Part shown: piece by piece, positions 9,790 through 19,756 of the stretch
How positions within the stretch are numbered: position 1 is the first letter of the stretch
How the letters are laid out: the number at the start of each line of letters is the position of its first letter
Source: a virus
Direction: 5' to 3' (one strand)
Length of the DNA stretch: 64,000 nucleotides
IMG/VR virus record: IMGVR_UViG_3300008117_000025
Coordinates: 118,847-182,846 of that record
Position numbers and translations under genes: made by a program
The notes under the pieces: generated by a model
Seen by the model: the letters and a program-made list of their open reading frames with translations, nothing else
Database searches by the model: none
What the model was told of the DNA's origin: nothing

Positions 9790-10319
9790 TATTGATGCAA
9801 ATTTTTAATTTTGTTATTTAAATGATTTACCATTTCGGAAATTTTACCAATGTTATTTTGGGTAGCTTTCCAATATTTTATTCCTTCTTCACCTTCACTT
9901 AATTCTTGCTTCATGCGAGAAGTATATTCTACAATACGATCAATTTCAGCTAATTTACGTTTTACTTCACGAATTGCTTTATGTAATTGTTCAGATTTGG
10001 TTCTGAATTTTACATCTTTTTTAAACTTAGAATATGTTACTTCGTTAAGTAATTCTTGCTCGATAATTTTTAATAGTGATTCGTTCATAGCAGATTTTTT
10101 ACCTTTCCATAATTCTTTATAATCAAGCACTTTAGAATTTTTAGGCATTCCTGGTGCTAATTTCCATCCTGATCTTTGTGCTTGTTTAGTAGCGGCGTTT
10201 GGGCCTTGCCCTTTTTTAGCAAATGCTAGTGGAGTAGAATATGCTTCTCCACTACCAGTAGTAGACATTTCTTCTAGCTGTTGACGTATTAGGGATTTTA
10301 TGTATTCTTTTAAATTCAT
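9789..10319 (-). CDS. Hypothetical head-region protein
   Basis: ORF track, stop/start coupled; N-terminal MNLKEYIKSLIRQQLEE. Confidence 0.7.
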   Translation of the reverse strand: MNLKEYIKSLIRQQLEEMSTTGSGEAYSTPLAFAKKGQGPNAATKQAQRSGWKLAPGMPKNSKVLDYKELWKGKKSAMNESLLKIIEQELLNEVTYSKFKKDVKFRTKSEQLHKAIREVKRKLAEIDRIVEYTSRMKQELSEGEEGIKYWKATQNNIGKISEMVNHLNNKIKNLHQ

Positions 10320-10654
10320 TATTTTAAAGTAACTTCAAATATTATTCCACTTATAGGGCTTGTTATTTTTTTAGTTTTAGGATCCTCTACGTGACCAAAC
10401 TGATGATTAAAAGCAGAAACAGAACATTCAATCACAAATGTTCCTGCTACTTTACTAAAATCACTAAGTCTAGATATTTTATGTACATTTATACTATAAT
10501 CATTGTTAATTTTAATTGGACCCATTTCTCCAACAAAATTATTCATTATATCACATATTTTACTCTTAGGAAGATTTATTTTATATTTTTTCCCAGACTC
10601 AAAATTAATTGGAGCTCCTTCTTTTATCCCAGCTAATTCTTGTAGTCTATTCAT
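10319..10654 (-). CDS. Hypothetical protein with MNRLQELAGIKE tag
   Basis: ORF track, coupled to its neighbours. Confidence 0.65.
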   Translation of the reverse strand: MNRLQELAGIKEGAPINFESGKKYKINLPKSKICDIMNNFVGEMGPIKINNDYSINVHKISRLSDFSKVAGTFVIECSVSAFNHQFGHVEDPKTKKITSPISGIIFEVTLK

Positions 10655-10655
10655 T

Positions 10656-11510
10656 TTATTTAGCGCTTTTTAATTCTTCTATTAATTGATAATATTGCAA
10701 AAGAGAAACAATATTTTCATCTTTTACATTTTGTGTTTTGTCTAATGGATGTAATAAGGTAACCACTTCAGCCAATTTAATCTGAGTGGTTTTATCGGCT
10801 ACTGAAGGTATTAATTTTTTAATTTCTTCAGTAATAGTATTGAAATTAGTATTAACAAAATCACGTAATTTAGTTGTATTACTAATATTATTAATAAATT
10901 CTTTCAATATGAGTTTTTGGCGATCTGATAAAGTAGCATATTTGCTGTTGAATTTCTCCAACAACATGCGATAAGCAAGTATACGAGAACCCTTATCCAT
11001 ATTAGCATATTCTTCCATTACACGATCTTTAACACCTTCCTTATTTACTTCTTTACGTGTAATGTGCTCTAATAATGTAATCTTATTATCAATGATTTGC
11101 TGTGGGTCAGTAAATTCAAGTGAATTGTGTACCTCGATTAAATTATATACAGCAGCATACTGTGAGTAGTTATTGATTTTGGCTTTGAAGAATTCTTCAA
11201 TGTCGTATGTTTCACGTATTTCCTTAATCAAATTGTATTTTTCCTTACGTAAAGCCGTTTTGTTTAAACGCAAAGAAGCATCCAACGTTGCGTTGATGAA
11301 TGTTTCAGCTTTAGCTTCACTTAATGATTTAGGAGATACTAAGGTTTGATATAATTTATATTCTTTAGCTAATTCGGATTTGCCAAAATATTTTCTAACC
11401 AATCCAACAGCCGCAGAATCTTTATTAGAAATGGTATCTGAGGCTATTTGGCGAACCAATAGCTCGAATAAGATACCAGTATTCTTGAACTTGCTGTGTT
11501 TAATTTTCAT
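10656..11510 (-). CDS. Portal-adjacent helical hypothetical protein
   Basis: 284-aa ORF directly downstream of the portal, preceded by the ATATTTATA motif. Confidence 0.7.
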   Translation of the reverse strand: MKIKHSKFKNTGILFELLVRQIASDTISNKDSAAVGLVRKYFGKSELAKEYKLYQTLVSPKSLSEAKAETFINATLDASLRLNKTALRKEKYNLIKEIRETYDIEEFFKAKINNYSQYAAVYNLIEVHNSLEFTDPQQIIDNKITLLEHITRKEVNKEGVKDRVMEEYANMDKGSRILAYRMLLEKFNSKYATLSDRQKLILKEFINNISNTTKLRDFVNTNFNTITEEIKKLIPSVADKTTQIKLAEVVTLLHPLDKTQNVKDENIVSLLQYYQLIEELKSAK

Positions 11511-11543
11511 AATGAATAGTATGCACTATCTATAAATATTTAA

Positions 11544-13430
11544 TTATTGTACGCCCTTGATATTTTTTTCATCTAATAGTGATGGTTCTTGTTCAGGTTT
11601 GAACACTAATTCTTTGCGAACTATATTCATACCTTCAAACAAATGCTTATTTCTTTTCAATTCATTTAATGCTAATGGTGAACCACCTTTTGGTGTTCCT
11701 TCACCAGTTTCATTAGGAGTTGATAAAGTATTATTAGCTATCTTACCTGTTCTGTCCTTACCTAATGGATCTTGTTGTGTTCCAACTATAGATGCTCTTT
11801 CTTTAGGACGACCAGGTTTTTTCTCATCATATCCAGCAGGTACAGGACCATTATCGTTCATTCCTGATCTGCCTTTACCATATAATGATGCTAAATCGTG
11901 TGGTGTACCAAATGATCTACCTGTTTTAGCTGGGTCGTTGCCTTCATTTTCAATTTGAGCTAAACGGAATACGCGTTTTTTATCTTCAATCATTAAATCA
12001 CGGTATTCATCAAATTCATCTTCACTAAATTGGAATATTTTATCATAAATCCAATCTGAAGGGAGTAAATTGGTATCCTGGATTGATTTAGCTAGGTCAA
12101 CTTTTTCCTTCCATAATGCTATTTTTTCTTGTTCGTAGATTATAGATGGAACTGTTAAAGATAATTCAAAGTTTGACAATGCTTCACCATCATATCCTTG
12201 AACATATAAATGCACTAATGCAATTTTATACAATTCAGATAATGCAATACGTTGAATACGTTCTACTGTGCGAGCGAAGCGAATATCTTCAGCAGCTAAT
12301 GTAGCTTTACCTTCAAGATCTTTTTCAAATCCAAAGAATGCTTTAGGCACTTTTAACGCAGCTAACATTTCATCACGTAAGAAATTTACGTCTTCAATTG
12401 CATTATATTCAAGACCTTTAATGGTATCAATCTTAGTTGCTGTATCATTACCACGAGTTGGAAGATAAAAGTCTTCCATCATGTTTTGTACATTATATTT
12501 TAAATTATATTCACCAGTTTGTTGATCAACATATGGAGTTTTCTTCATCTTCTGCATTATTTTCTGCATGAATCCGTCAACTTCATGTGGTGGAATATTA
12601 CCAACATTAACAGTGAATACGCGTTTTTCTGGGGCGCGAGTAATACGATGCAACAACATTGCATCTTTCATTAGCACATATTGCTTATATGTTTTACGAG
12701 CAGGCTCAATGTACGATCTACCATAAGGTAAATAGTTAGCATCAGTTAATAATCTAAAGTGAGCTACTTCGTAGTTTTCAAGTATAATTTTACCCTCTTT
12801 ATCTTTAGGACGATCAATCATACTACCACCCATAGCAATAACCATAGGATCGATTCTAAAACGTACTAAAGATGGATTGTGAGGGTCTAATCCTTCCTCA
12901 CGAATCATATCATAAACAGATAATGGTGTTACATTGTATACACCAAATTGATCTGCTATTTCAAGGTGTAAATAGAAATCACCATATTTACACATGTTTC
13001 TAATCCACAACCATAAGTTAAATTCGATGTTTAAAACATCGTAAAATAAATTATAAAGAATACGCTGGATATTATCGTCAGCGCTTCTAATTTGTAATAT
13101 TTCACCTACTTCGTTTTTTAAAGTAGATTCATCAGAAATAATGTCAAGAGTAGATGCAATGATTGATTCTGTATCCATAGCTTCATAGTCAGTATACAAC
13201 TGAATACGAAGTGTTTGGTAATTCATTGTAGGGTTGTATGGCATATTAGCGCCATAGCGGTGTAGCTTAGTAAATCTATCAATAAGAGCGTTGGTCTTTA
13301 CATTACCATATGCTTGAATTTTATCAACATCTATGGTTTTTAATTGATTGCCACCAACATTTCTTATAATAACGTCTGTGCTGAAGAGACGTCTTAATCT
13401 ATCGAATAAGCCTATTTGATTTTCAGCCAT
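11544..13430 (-). CDS. gp20: Portal protein (T4 gp20-like)
   Basis: Motifs YGRSYIEPARK, MLLHRITRAPEKRVFTVNVGNIP, MEDFYLPTRG, IDTIKG and ALKVPKAF. Confidence 0.95.
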   Translation of the reverse strand: MAENQIGLFDRLRRLFSTDVIIRNVGGNQLKTIDVDKIQAYGNVKTNALIDRFTKLHRYGANMPYNPTMNYQTLRIQLYTDYEAMDTESIIASTLDIISDESTLKNEVGEILQIRSADDNIQRILYNLFYDVLNIEFNLWLWIRNMCKYGDFYLHLEIADQFGVYNVTPLSVYDMIREEGLDPHNPSLVRFRIDPMVIAMGGSMIDRPKDKEGKIILENYEVAHFRLLTDANYLPYGRSYIEPARKTYKQYVLMKDAMLLHRITRAPEKRVFTVNVGNIPPHEVDGFMQKIMQKMKKTPYVDQQTGEYNLKYNVQNMMEDFYLPTRGNDTATKIDTIKGLEYNAIEDVNFLRDEMLAALKVPKAFFGFEKDLEGKATLAAEDIRFARTVERIQRIALSELYKIALVHLYVQGYDGEALSNFELSLTVPSIIYEQEKIALWKEKVDLAKSIQDTNLLPSDWIYDKIFQFSEDEFDEYRDLMIEDKKRVFRLAQIENEGNDPAKTGRSFGTPHDLASLYGKGRSGMNDNGPVPAGYDEKKPGRPKERASIVGTQQDPLGKDRTGKIANNTLSTPNETGEGTPKGGSPLALNELKRNKHLFEGMNIVRKELVFKPEQEPSLLDEKNIKGVQ

Positions 13431-13464
13431 GTTTTGTATTTAATAATATACCAATAAATATTTA

Positions 13465-15045
13465 TTAACCAAGTACCCATGAAATATCTTCGAATCCCCC
13501 ACGACCATCATTAATCATGAATGGGTTTTGATATCCACTAGGTACTGTTGGTCCTCCTATATAACCTGTTTTAGTAATACTAGATACCATAGCCCTGTTT
13601 AAATCCATACCCTGCTCATAAAATTTCATTGCAGTATCTCTTGTAAACAAACCTATACCTAAAGACATTACTAAATCATCGTTATAACCGTTTTGTGCTT
13701 GAGCTTTACCATTTTGCCAAATAAACACACGTAATTCTTCTAATAAACGTTTTGATCTAAACACAAAGACCTTCTCTCGAATGTACGACTCCATTTTTGA
13801 AACAACAAGGGGTCTTGTTTTGGATGACATTGTAAAACCAGGAACCGTTTGTTCTTTATCCATTTTATCTAGCCATTTATCTATATGCATTTCACCATAA
13901 GCACGAGGTGAATAATATAATTTTTGATATCCTTTTTCTATAATAGTATTAATAACGTCCCATCCAACATTCGCATTCTCCACCACGAGCAAAGCATTAT
14001 TATACTCAGTAGCAACAGAAACAAGCATGTTTCCAAAAGTACGAGTGTCAATTTGCGATTTATATTCAGCCACTTGCTCACAAGTCGTCGCATCAATGAC
14101 ATGGAAAGCAGAAAAGTCGCTACCATCTCCGCGAGCAACATCAGCACATACAAGATACTGCTTACTATAATCAGGATACTGCCAAATCCAATAGTCGCCA
14201 CCCATAAACCTGCGTTCCACAGGATCTTGTAAATATGTTTCTTCATAAAATGATAATAAATCAGGTTCAACTACTGAATTACCAGAACCTAAAAAGTCAC
14301 ATTCATATTCCTGAGCAAATTCTCTAGGTGACATGTTTGTTCTTTCTCTTTGTTCCCAAGCTTCATCTCTATCTGGATGTAGGCTCCAAGGTAGTTTAAT
14401 TGCTTTAAAGTCGTTTTTACCTATTTCAGCCTCAGCATACATTCTATGAAACCAGTTACCTACACCATTTGGAGAAGATAAAGCAATAATTCCTCCACCT
14501 GTTGCAATTGTAGGTTTAATACTTGTATAAATTCTATCAATACCCTCAATAAACGCAGCCTCATCCACTAATAATAAAGACACGGCGTAGGATCGACCTG
14601 CATCTGATGCTGCTGATGTAGCTACAATTTGAGAGTTATTAGCTAATTTAAGTGATAATTTATTGTCTGAAACTGGTTTTTGATTGCCTTTTAGCCAGCT
14701 AGGTAGGTTATTATACATAAACTGTACCTTTTCAACCATGCCTTTAGCTGTTTCTTGTTTTGTTGCTATACAAAGTACTGTTTTGTCTTTTTGAAATAAC
14801 ATCATCCACAAAGAAAAACCAGCAACTAATGTTGATATACCTAACTGTCTTGATTTATTAATGATACAGAAACGATTATTTCTAAAATCATTTAGTGTTT
14901 GTTCCTGGAATGGGTAAAGGTGAAATAAAATTCTGCCTTTGATTGGGTGTGTAATATAACAGTATTTACGGAAGAAATGTACAGGATCAGTAGCACACTT
15001 AACATATTCCTGTTTAATTATTTCTTTAATATTGGCTTGACTCAT
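13465..15045 (-). CDS. gp17: Terminase large subunit (T4 gp17-like); start revised to 15045 (MSQANIKE)
   Basis: KSRQLGIST (Walker A), LLLVDEAAF (Walker B), SSPNG, FAQEYECDF, ADVARGDGSDFS and NDDLVMS nuclease motifs. Confidence 0.96.
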   Translation of the reverse strand: MSQANIKEIIKQEYVKCATDPVHFFRKYCYITHPIKGRILFHLYPFQEQTLNDFRNNRFCIINKSRQLGISTLVAGFSLWMMLFQKDKTVLCIATKQETAKGMVEKVQFMYNNLPSWLKGNQKPVSDNKLSLKLANNSQIVATSAASDAGRSYAVSLLLVDEAAFIEGIDRIYTSIKPTIATGGGIIALSSPNGVGNWFHRMYAEAEIGKNDFKAIKLPWSLHPDRDEAWEQRERTNMSPREFAQEYECDFLGSGNSVVEPDLLSFYEETYLQDPVERRFMGGDYWIWQYPDYSKQYLVCADVARGDGSDFSAFHVIDATTCEQVAEYKSQIDTRTFGNMLVSVATEYNNALLVVENANVGWDVINTIIEKGYQKLYYSPRAYGEMHIDKWLDKMDKEQTVPGFTMSSKTRPLVVSKMESYIREKVFVFRSKRLLEELRVFIWQNGKAQAQNGYNDDLVMSLGIGLFTRDTAMKFYEQGMDLNRAMVSSITKTGYIGGPTVPSGYQNPFMINDGRGGFEDISWVLG

Positions 15046-15065
15046 ATATATAAATATATAAGGGA

Positions 15066-15088
15066 AGCCCAATCTTATCGATTGGGCT
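15066..15088 (-). terminator. Hairpin / likely terminator upstream of terminase
   Basis: 9-bp stem AGCCCAATC/GATTGGGCT followed by a pyrimidine-rich tract on the minus strand. Confidence 0.6.
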
Positions 15089-15109
15089 CGCGTATGGGCA
15101 TGCAAGAGT

Positions 15110-15784
15110 TTACTTAGCTAACAACGTATAAACTAATCCACCAATAACAACACCAGTTCCTATCTTAACAAATTTATTTTGGATTTTGAGTTTCTTATTT
15201 TGTAATTGAATTTGTTTATATTGGTCTTTCCAATCAGCAATTTGTGTATCTTTGATAGTAATGATACCTTTGTAGTTATTTTCTTTGCCTTTAAATTCAT
15301 CAATAATTTTATCTCTAAGGATAACTTTATCTTCAGTTAAAGCAATAACACTATCTTTAACAACTATAATTTGTTTAGCACCATCTAATTCAACTAAATC
15401 TTTAGCGGCACTAACTAATACTGGTTGTGCTACTGGGAGTGGATTAGTAACTGTATCTTCTGGGTAGCGTTGATTGAATGAGGAGATAAGTTCTGCTTCA
15501 GAATAAGTGTCAATTTTCTTTTTAGATGAATCAACCCATTTAGTAACAGTAATTACTTTTTCTTTTTGATTACTTAATTGATAATCCAATTCTAAGCTTT
15601 GAACATATAATTCATCAATAACAGAATCTCTTTTATCAATATCTACTTCTAAAGAATCAACAACATGAGTTAAACTATCTTGTTTTGCTACAAATTCTTT
15701 TGATAATCCATCAAATTGGCATTTATCAACAAATACCCAAAACAATAAAGCTACAACTGCAAGAGGGAAAACTAATTTTTTCAT
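15110..15784 (-). CDS. Membrane-anchored coiled-coil protein (possible spanin-like lysis protein)
   Basis: Hydrophobic N- and C-termini flank a long heptad-rich region. Confidence 0.45.
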   Translation of the reverse strand: MKKLVFPLAVVALLFWVFVDKCQFDGLSKEFVAKQDSLTHVVDSLEVDIDKRDSVIDELYVQSLELDYQLSNQKEKVITVTKWVDSSKKKIDTYSEAELISSFNQRYPEDTVTNPLPVAQPVLVSAAKDLVELDGAKQIIVVKDSVIALTEDKVILRDKIIDEFKGKENNYKGIITIKDTQIADWKDQYKQIQLQNKKLKIQNKFVKIGTGVVIGGLVYTLLAK

Positions 15785-15787
15785 ATA

Positions 15788-16741
15788 TTATTTTTTAATA
15801 CCAGCGTAATATTGCATTCTACCTTTCATCCATTCATCTAATGTTTCTTCTTCTTCAGGCTCAGCTGCTGGTTTTTCAATTGGTTTACCTGTAATTTTAG
15901 ATTGGCGTCTTTGTAAATATTCAGAGTTAGCTAATAGATCATTCATTTTCTTTTGTAATCTATCTTTCAATCCACGAAGATTTTCAATTTCAGAAGATGG
16001 TTCATCTGTAATATCACTAATATCTCTTCTAGAACGTTTAGTTTTTAAAATATCGCTTTTAACTTTAGCTAAACGACCTTCAAGATCAGTATATTGCATA
16101 AATGCTTCATAATCGTCATCTGACATTGAAGCAGCAGATATATCAGCAGTTTCAATTTCACCTGCTTCAGGCTCTTCATCACCACTACCCATTGCTTTAG
16201 CAAATGATGCTTCGATTTCTTCATCACTCATATCACCTGCTAAACCACCCTCTGGTCCTTCTTCACCTGCTGGTACTTCTTCACCTGCTGGTTCAGTCGT
16301 AGGACGATTAAGGCGTGGAGCTGCTTGGGTACCTGATGGGATAATAACGCCATCAGCTACAAGTGCCATAAAATCAGCATTAATTGGATTTTGTTTATCA
16401 TATCCTAAAGCACCAGCTACATCCATTTTAGACATTGGTTCTTCAGTAGCTTGCATTGCTGATACAATTCTTGCTTTTTTACCTGCAAAATCAGCAGCAG
16501 CTGCATCCGGAGCTAGTTCATAGCGTACGGCTACGTTTGCTAATTCATCAATAGCATCTTCTGTAATTTCTTCTCTACCTGAAGATATATCACCTTTTTT
16601 AAGTTGCAATGCTTTAATTTTAGCATCAATTGCTTTCATTTCAGCATCTTTTGCTGATTTTTCAGCTGGGGAAATGTCGGCTTCATTTATTACTTCTTGT
16701 ATGGCTTTACGTACAAGTTCTTGTAAATCTTTTCTATTCAT
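15788..16741 (-). CDS. Acidic tagged protein with possible winged-helix segment; start revised to 16741 (MNRKDLQE)
   Basis: N-terminal LQELVRKAIQEVINE; central PMSKMDVAGALGYDKQNPINADFMALVADGVI; C-terminal RMQYYAGIKK. Confidence 0.6.
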   Translation of the reverse strand: MNRKDLQELVRKAIQEVINEADISPAEKSAKDAEMKAIDAKIKALQLKKGDISSGREEITEDAIDELANVAVRYELAPDAAAADFAGKKARIVSAMQATEEPMSKMDVAGALGYDKQNPINADFMALVADGVIIPSGTQAAPRLNRPTTEPAGEEVPAGEEGPEGGLAGDMSDEEIEASFAKAMGSGDEEPEAGEIETADISAASMSDDDYEAFMQYTDLEGRLAKVKSDILKTKRSRRDISDITDEPSSEIENLRGLKDRLQKKMNDLLANSEYLQRRQSKITGKPIEKPAAEPEEEETLDEWMKGRMQYYAGIKK

Positions 16742-16766
16742 GTTTTGGTCGTTATACATATAAATA

Positions 16767-17285
16767 TTAAATATTTTGTAAAATTATAGCGATACGTTCC
16801 TCAGTTGTACCCTCTACCTTAATTAACTTATTAGGTTTATATTCTTCTAATGCCATTTGAATAGCAGTATCTATTTTTGATCTATATTCTAAATTAGTTT
16901 CACGAATACCATTATCTTCTATATCAACACCATTGGGTGATACATAAATAACCATATCATAATAATCTTTAAGATGCATAGCAGCCTCAACAAATGCACG
17001 TTTTTCGAAATCACTAATTGATTTTGCTGATAGAGTAAATGAGCAGACATCCCAAATTGTTCTATCAGTAATAATATTATCGTATAGCAATTCAGTAGAA
17101 CGTTCAGCTAGAAATACAAATTGACCACGCAGTGTAGAATCAGTATTAAGTGGAATACCTAAATCACGCAAATATTTACTACGTTCAGTTTGTACACTAT
17201 GATCTTTAAATTGATCTAGTTCACCTAATGCTTTTGCTAATGTAGTTTTACCTACAGACATTGTACCAGCTAATCCTATTCTCAT
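16767..17285 (-). CDS. P-loop nucleoside/nucleotide kinase (AAA_28, NadR kinase-like)
   Basis: Motifs IGLAGTMSVGKTT, IITDRTIWD and YDMVIYVSP...EDNGIRET. Confidence 0.75.
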   Translation of the reverse strand: MRIGLAGTMSVGKTTLAKALGELDQFKDHSVQTERSKYLRDLGIPLNTDSTLRGQFVFLAERSTELLYDNIITDRTIWDVCSFTLSAKSISDFEKRAFVEAAMHLKDYYDMVIYVSPNGVDIEDNGIRETNLEYRSKIDTAIQMALEEYKPNKLIKVEGTTEERIAIILQNI

Positions 17286-17500
17286 TTTTTATTATTAATT
17301 TTTTTCATTTGACGTGCTGTCTTTTTAATTTGTTTAGCTTCCTTAGCACGTGCTTTAATCGCTTTATCTGCTCCTGCTTTATATTTAATATCTACAGAAA
17401 TAGGACCTTTGTCGAATTTATCTAAATCAAAAGTCCATGTTTCTATAGTTTCTTCATCTTCATATACACGAGTAAACTTTCTTTCCTTTACTTCTTTCAT
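17282..17500 (-). CDS. Hypothetical protein
   Basis: ORF track; TATCTTTA promoter-like element at 17505-17512. Confidence 0.65.
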   Translation of the reverse strand: MKEVKERKFTRVYEDEETIETWTFDLDKFDKGPISVDIKYKAGADKAIKARAKEAKQIKKTARQMKKINNKK

Positions 17501-17527
17501 GTTATAAAGATATAATATTAATTTTGC

Positions 17528-17764
17528 TTAAACCCTAGCACCTGCAGATTTACCAGCTGCTGTTTTATACCAAGGTTGTCCATTAACATCTTTTTTCTTT
17601 TCTTCCCATTGTTCCTTAGTATGTTTAATACCAAATAAATAATATTCAGAGGCACGTTTATTACCTTGTGGAATATAAGCAGGTCCATCCCAATTATGCA
17701 TTTTACCGTCTAGATAGTAAACAATACTACCATCTGCTGTTTTCATTTTTCTTACTTCTGACAT
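17528..17764 (-). CDS. Hypothetical protein with HNWDGPA (MORN-variant-like) motif
   Basis: Motif GKMHNWDGPAYI...EYYLFGIK. Confidence 0.65.
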   Translation of the reverse strand: MSEVRKMKTADGSIVYYLDGKMHNWDGPAYIPQGNKRASEYYLFGIKHTKEQWEEKKKDVNGQPWYKTAAGKSAGARV

Positions 17765-17771
17765 GTTTGTT

Positions 17772-19223
17772 TTATTTTAAAAGTGATTCTGCAACATAAA
17801 TACCATGTGCACCGGAAACTGTAATACCACGAGCTGATAAGGCATCGCCTACAAAGTGTACATTTGGGTATTCTGTAAGTGATAAATTATGATAATTAAC
17901 AAGTGGTTCAGGTGATAGATATTTTACCTCAGGAATATACATCCCCCAATCATTACCAAATTTAAATACTTTATTCATATCAAAAATAAAATCAGTAATA
18001 TATTTAAAGTATCCTTGGAATTCTTTTTCTACATCTTTCAATCCAATTTCATCAATTTGGGCTGTATTGATAGGTGTTCCTTCTGATGTATTGGATGGAT
18101 TGCGTGTACCTTTAGGTGAAAAATATAAACCGGTATTATTAGGTTTTGTTTGTAATTTATTTACTAGATCGCGTGACCATTTAAATGGATCTTCAATACC
18201 TTTAATTTCCATTAAGATACCAAAATTAGTCATTTTATTTTCAAATTCCTTACCTTTTTTGGCGTGACCATTATAACTTACATCCCCATATGTTTCCTCA
18301 ACTGCCACATAAGCAGCGTTATTATTCGTACAAAAAGAACGAAGGGATACATTATCGAATTTTTGATAGAGTTTAAAGTCATAGCTTACATCGATTAATT
18401 TCTGGAAGTATTTTTGTGGTGCCTCAAAACGAACTCCAATTTGTACTGATTTAGGTTCGTTAGGTAGTTTATATTGATCTGATAGTGCTTGGGCAAAATC
18501 AATACCTGATTTACCCACAGCGAATATAAGGGTATCATATTCAATATTAAACAATATTTCGGGATGTTCTGAGTAATATAATAGATTTTTATCTTCAAAA
18601 TGGATATTGCTAACAGTAGCATTCCATGTAAAATTAACACCACTATCACCTAAATATGAATACCATGCTTTAGCAATCTCATGTAAGAAATTAGATCCAA
18701 TGTGCCATACAGGAAACATTCTCAAACCAAAGTATGGTTTGATAAATTCAGGTTCCTCTTGTGGATCAGACATAAATATTTCTTCTGGTTTAGGGTGGAA
18801 ACGAGTAAAGTTATCTACTACTTGTTTCATTAATTCCATAGCTTTTTCTTCACCACAGTATTTAGATAATTGACCACCAATTGCTGTGTGGTAAGTTAAT
18901 TTACCATCAGACCAACCACCGGCACCAAGCATGCCAGTCATTACTTCTTCAGGTAAACGGCTATGTGGATCATTACCTTTATCAATAATAGTGATTAGTT
19001 CACCAGGATAGCCATTATCTACTAATTTAGTAGCAGCATTAATACCAGCTACACCGGCACCTACAATTACAATTTTCTTATATGTTAGTATTTCTTTTAC
19101 AGGTGGTGGCGTTTCTTCTATTGGAGATGGAGGAATAATAGCTGTTTTAATTCTGCTCTCAGCAGGAACAGCACTGTTAACCATATTATTCCATCCTCTA
19201 ATTGCGTTTTGATGATTTCTCAT
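17772..19223 (-). CDS. FAD/NAD(P)-dependent oxidoreductase
   Basis: Motifs IVIVGAGVAG, GMLGAGGWSDGKL, LIFAVGKSG, SFCTNN and VHFVGDALSARGITVSGAHG. Confidence 0.85.
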   Translation of the reverse strand: MRNHQNAIRGWNNMVNSAVPAESRIKTAIIPPSPIEETPPPVKEILTYKKIVIVGAGVAGINAATKLVDNGYPGELITIIDKGNDPHSRLPEEVMTGMLGAGGWSDGKLTYHTAIGGQLSKYCGEEKAMELMKQVVDNFTRFHPKPEEIFMSDPQEEPEFIKPYFGLRMFPVWHIGSNFLHEIAKAWYSYLGDSGVNFTWNATVSNIHFEDKNLLYYSEHPEILFNIEYDTLIFAVGKSGIDFAQALSDQYKLPNEPKSVQIGVRFEAPQKYFQKLIDVSYDFKLYQKFDNVSLRSFCTNNNAAYVAVEETYGDVSYNGHAKKGKEFENKMTNFGILMEIKGIEDPFKWSRDLVNKLQTKPNNTGLYFSPKGTRNPSNTSEGTPINTAQIDEIGLKDVEKEFQGYFKYITDFIFDMNKVFKFGNDWGMYIPEVKYLSPEPLVNYHNLSLTEYPNVHFVGDALSARGITVSGAHGIYVAESLLK

Positions 19224-19693
19224 ATATTAATCCAATTTGGTTTGTTGTTTAATTTGTTCCAAGATAAGTTCTTTATTTTGACTTTATCTTCTATATAAAA
19301 TTTTTTATAAGCAGAAATAGTATCTTCACCTTTAAATTGATCAGGCATACATTGTGGGGGCGGAGTAAATCCATTATCTGGAATAGAAGGTTCATTTAAT
19401 TTACACCATTCAAGTACATCTTGTGTTTTATGGCGTTTACCATAGCGTTTAATAAATTCACTACAAATTTCCAAACCATGTTCTACTAACCAACGATAAT
19501 GTTGAATTGATTCACGTACCCATTTAGTTGATGGGTGGTTGAAATGGGCTTTTTTGTATGGAGCTTCTTTACCAATAGCCCAATGTGTAGTACAACACAT
19601 TTGTGCTGATTCAATTTGCATTTTGCGGATGTGGTCATCAGCAAGCTCTTGTGCTGCTGTGATTGGATCGGTATTAATGTAAAATATATTCAT
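19220..19693 (-). CDS. Pyrimidine-dimer DNA glycosylase / endonuclease V-like protein
   Basis: Motifs MNIFY...DDHIRKMQIESAQM, YKKAHFNHPSTKWVRES and PPQCMPD...AYKKFY. Confidence 0.7.
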   Translation of the reverse strand: MNIFYINTDPITAAQELADDHIRKMQIESAQMCCTTHWAIGKEAPYKKAHFNHPSTKWVRESIQHYRWLVEHGLEICSEFIKRYGKRHKTQDVLEWCKLNEPSIPDNGFTPPPQCMPDQFKGEDTISAYKKFYIEDKVKIKNLSWNKLNNKPNWINI

Positions 19694-19697
19694 ACTA

Positions 19698-19728
19698 TAA
19701 AGGTATAAAATTTATTTTGACTTACAAA
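19698..19728 (-). promoter_or_regulatory. Bacteroidota sigma70-type promoter, near-leaderless
   Basis: TTTG (19728-19725), 19-nt spacer, TACCTTTA (19705-19698), ATG 4 nt later. Confidence 0.65.
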
Positions 19729-19735
19729 TAGAGAA

Positions 19736-19756
19736 AGCCCACCTTTAGGGTGGGCT
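19736..19756 (-). terminator. GC-rich hairpin terminator
   Basis: Stem AGCCCACC/GGTGGGCT followed by TTCTCTATTT. Confidence 0.65.

Noticed and set aside
11544-15045. Inteins or introns in terminase/portal
   Set aside because: Lengths and motif order are continuous; no C/S...HN splice motifs or homing-endonuclease inserts were seen.
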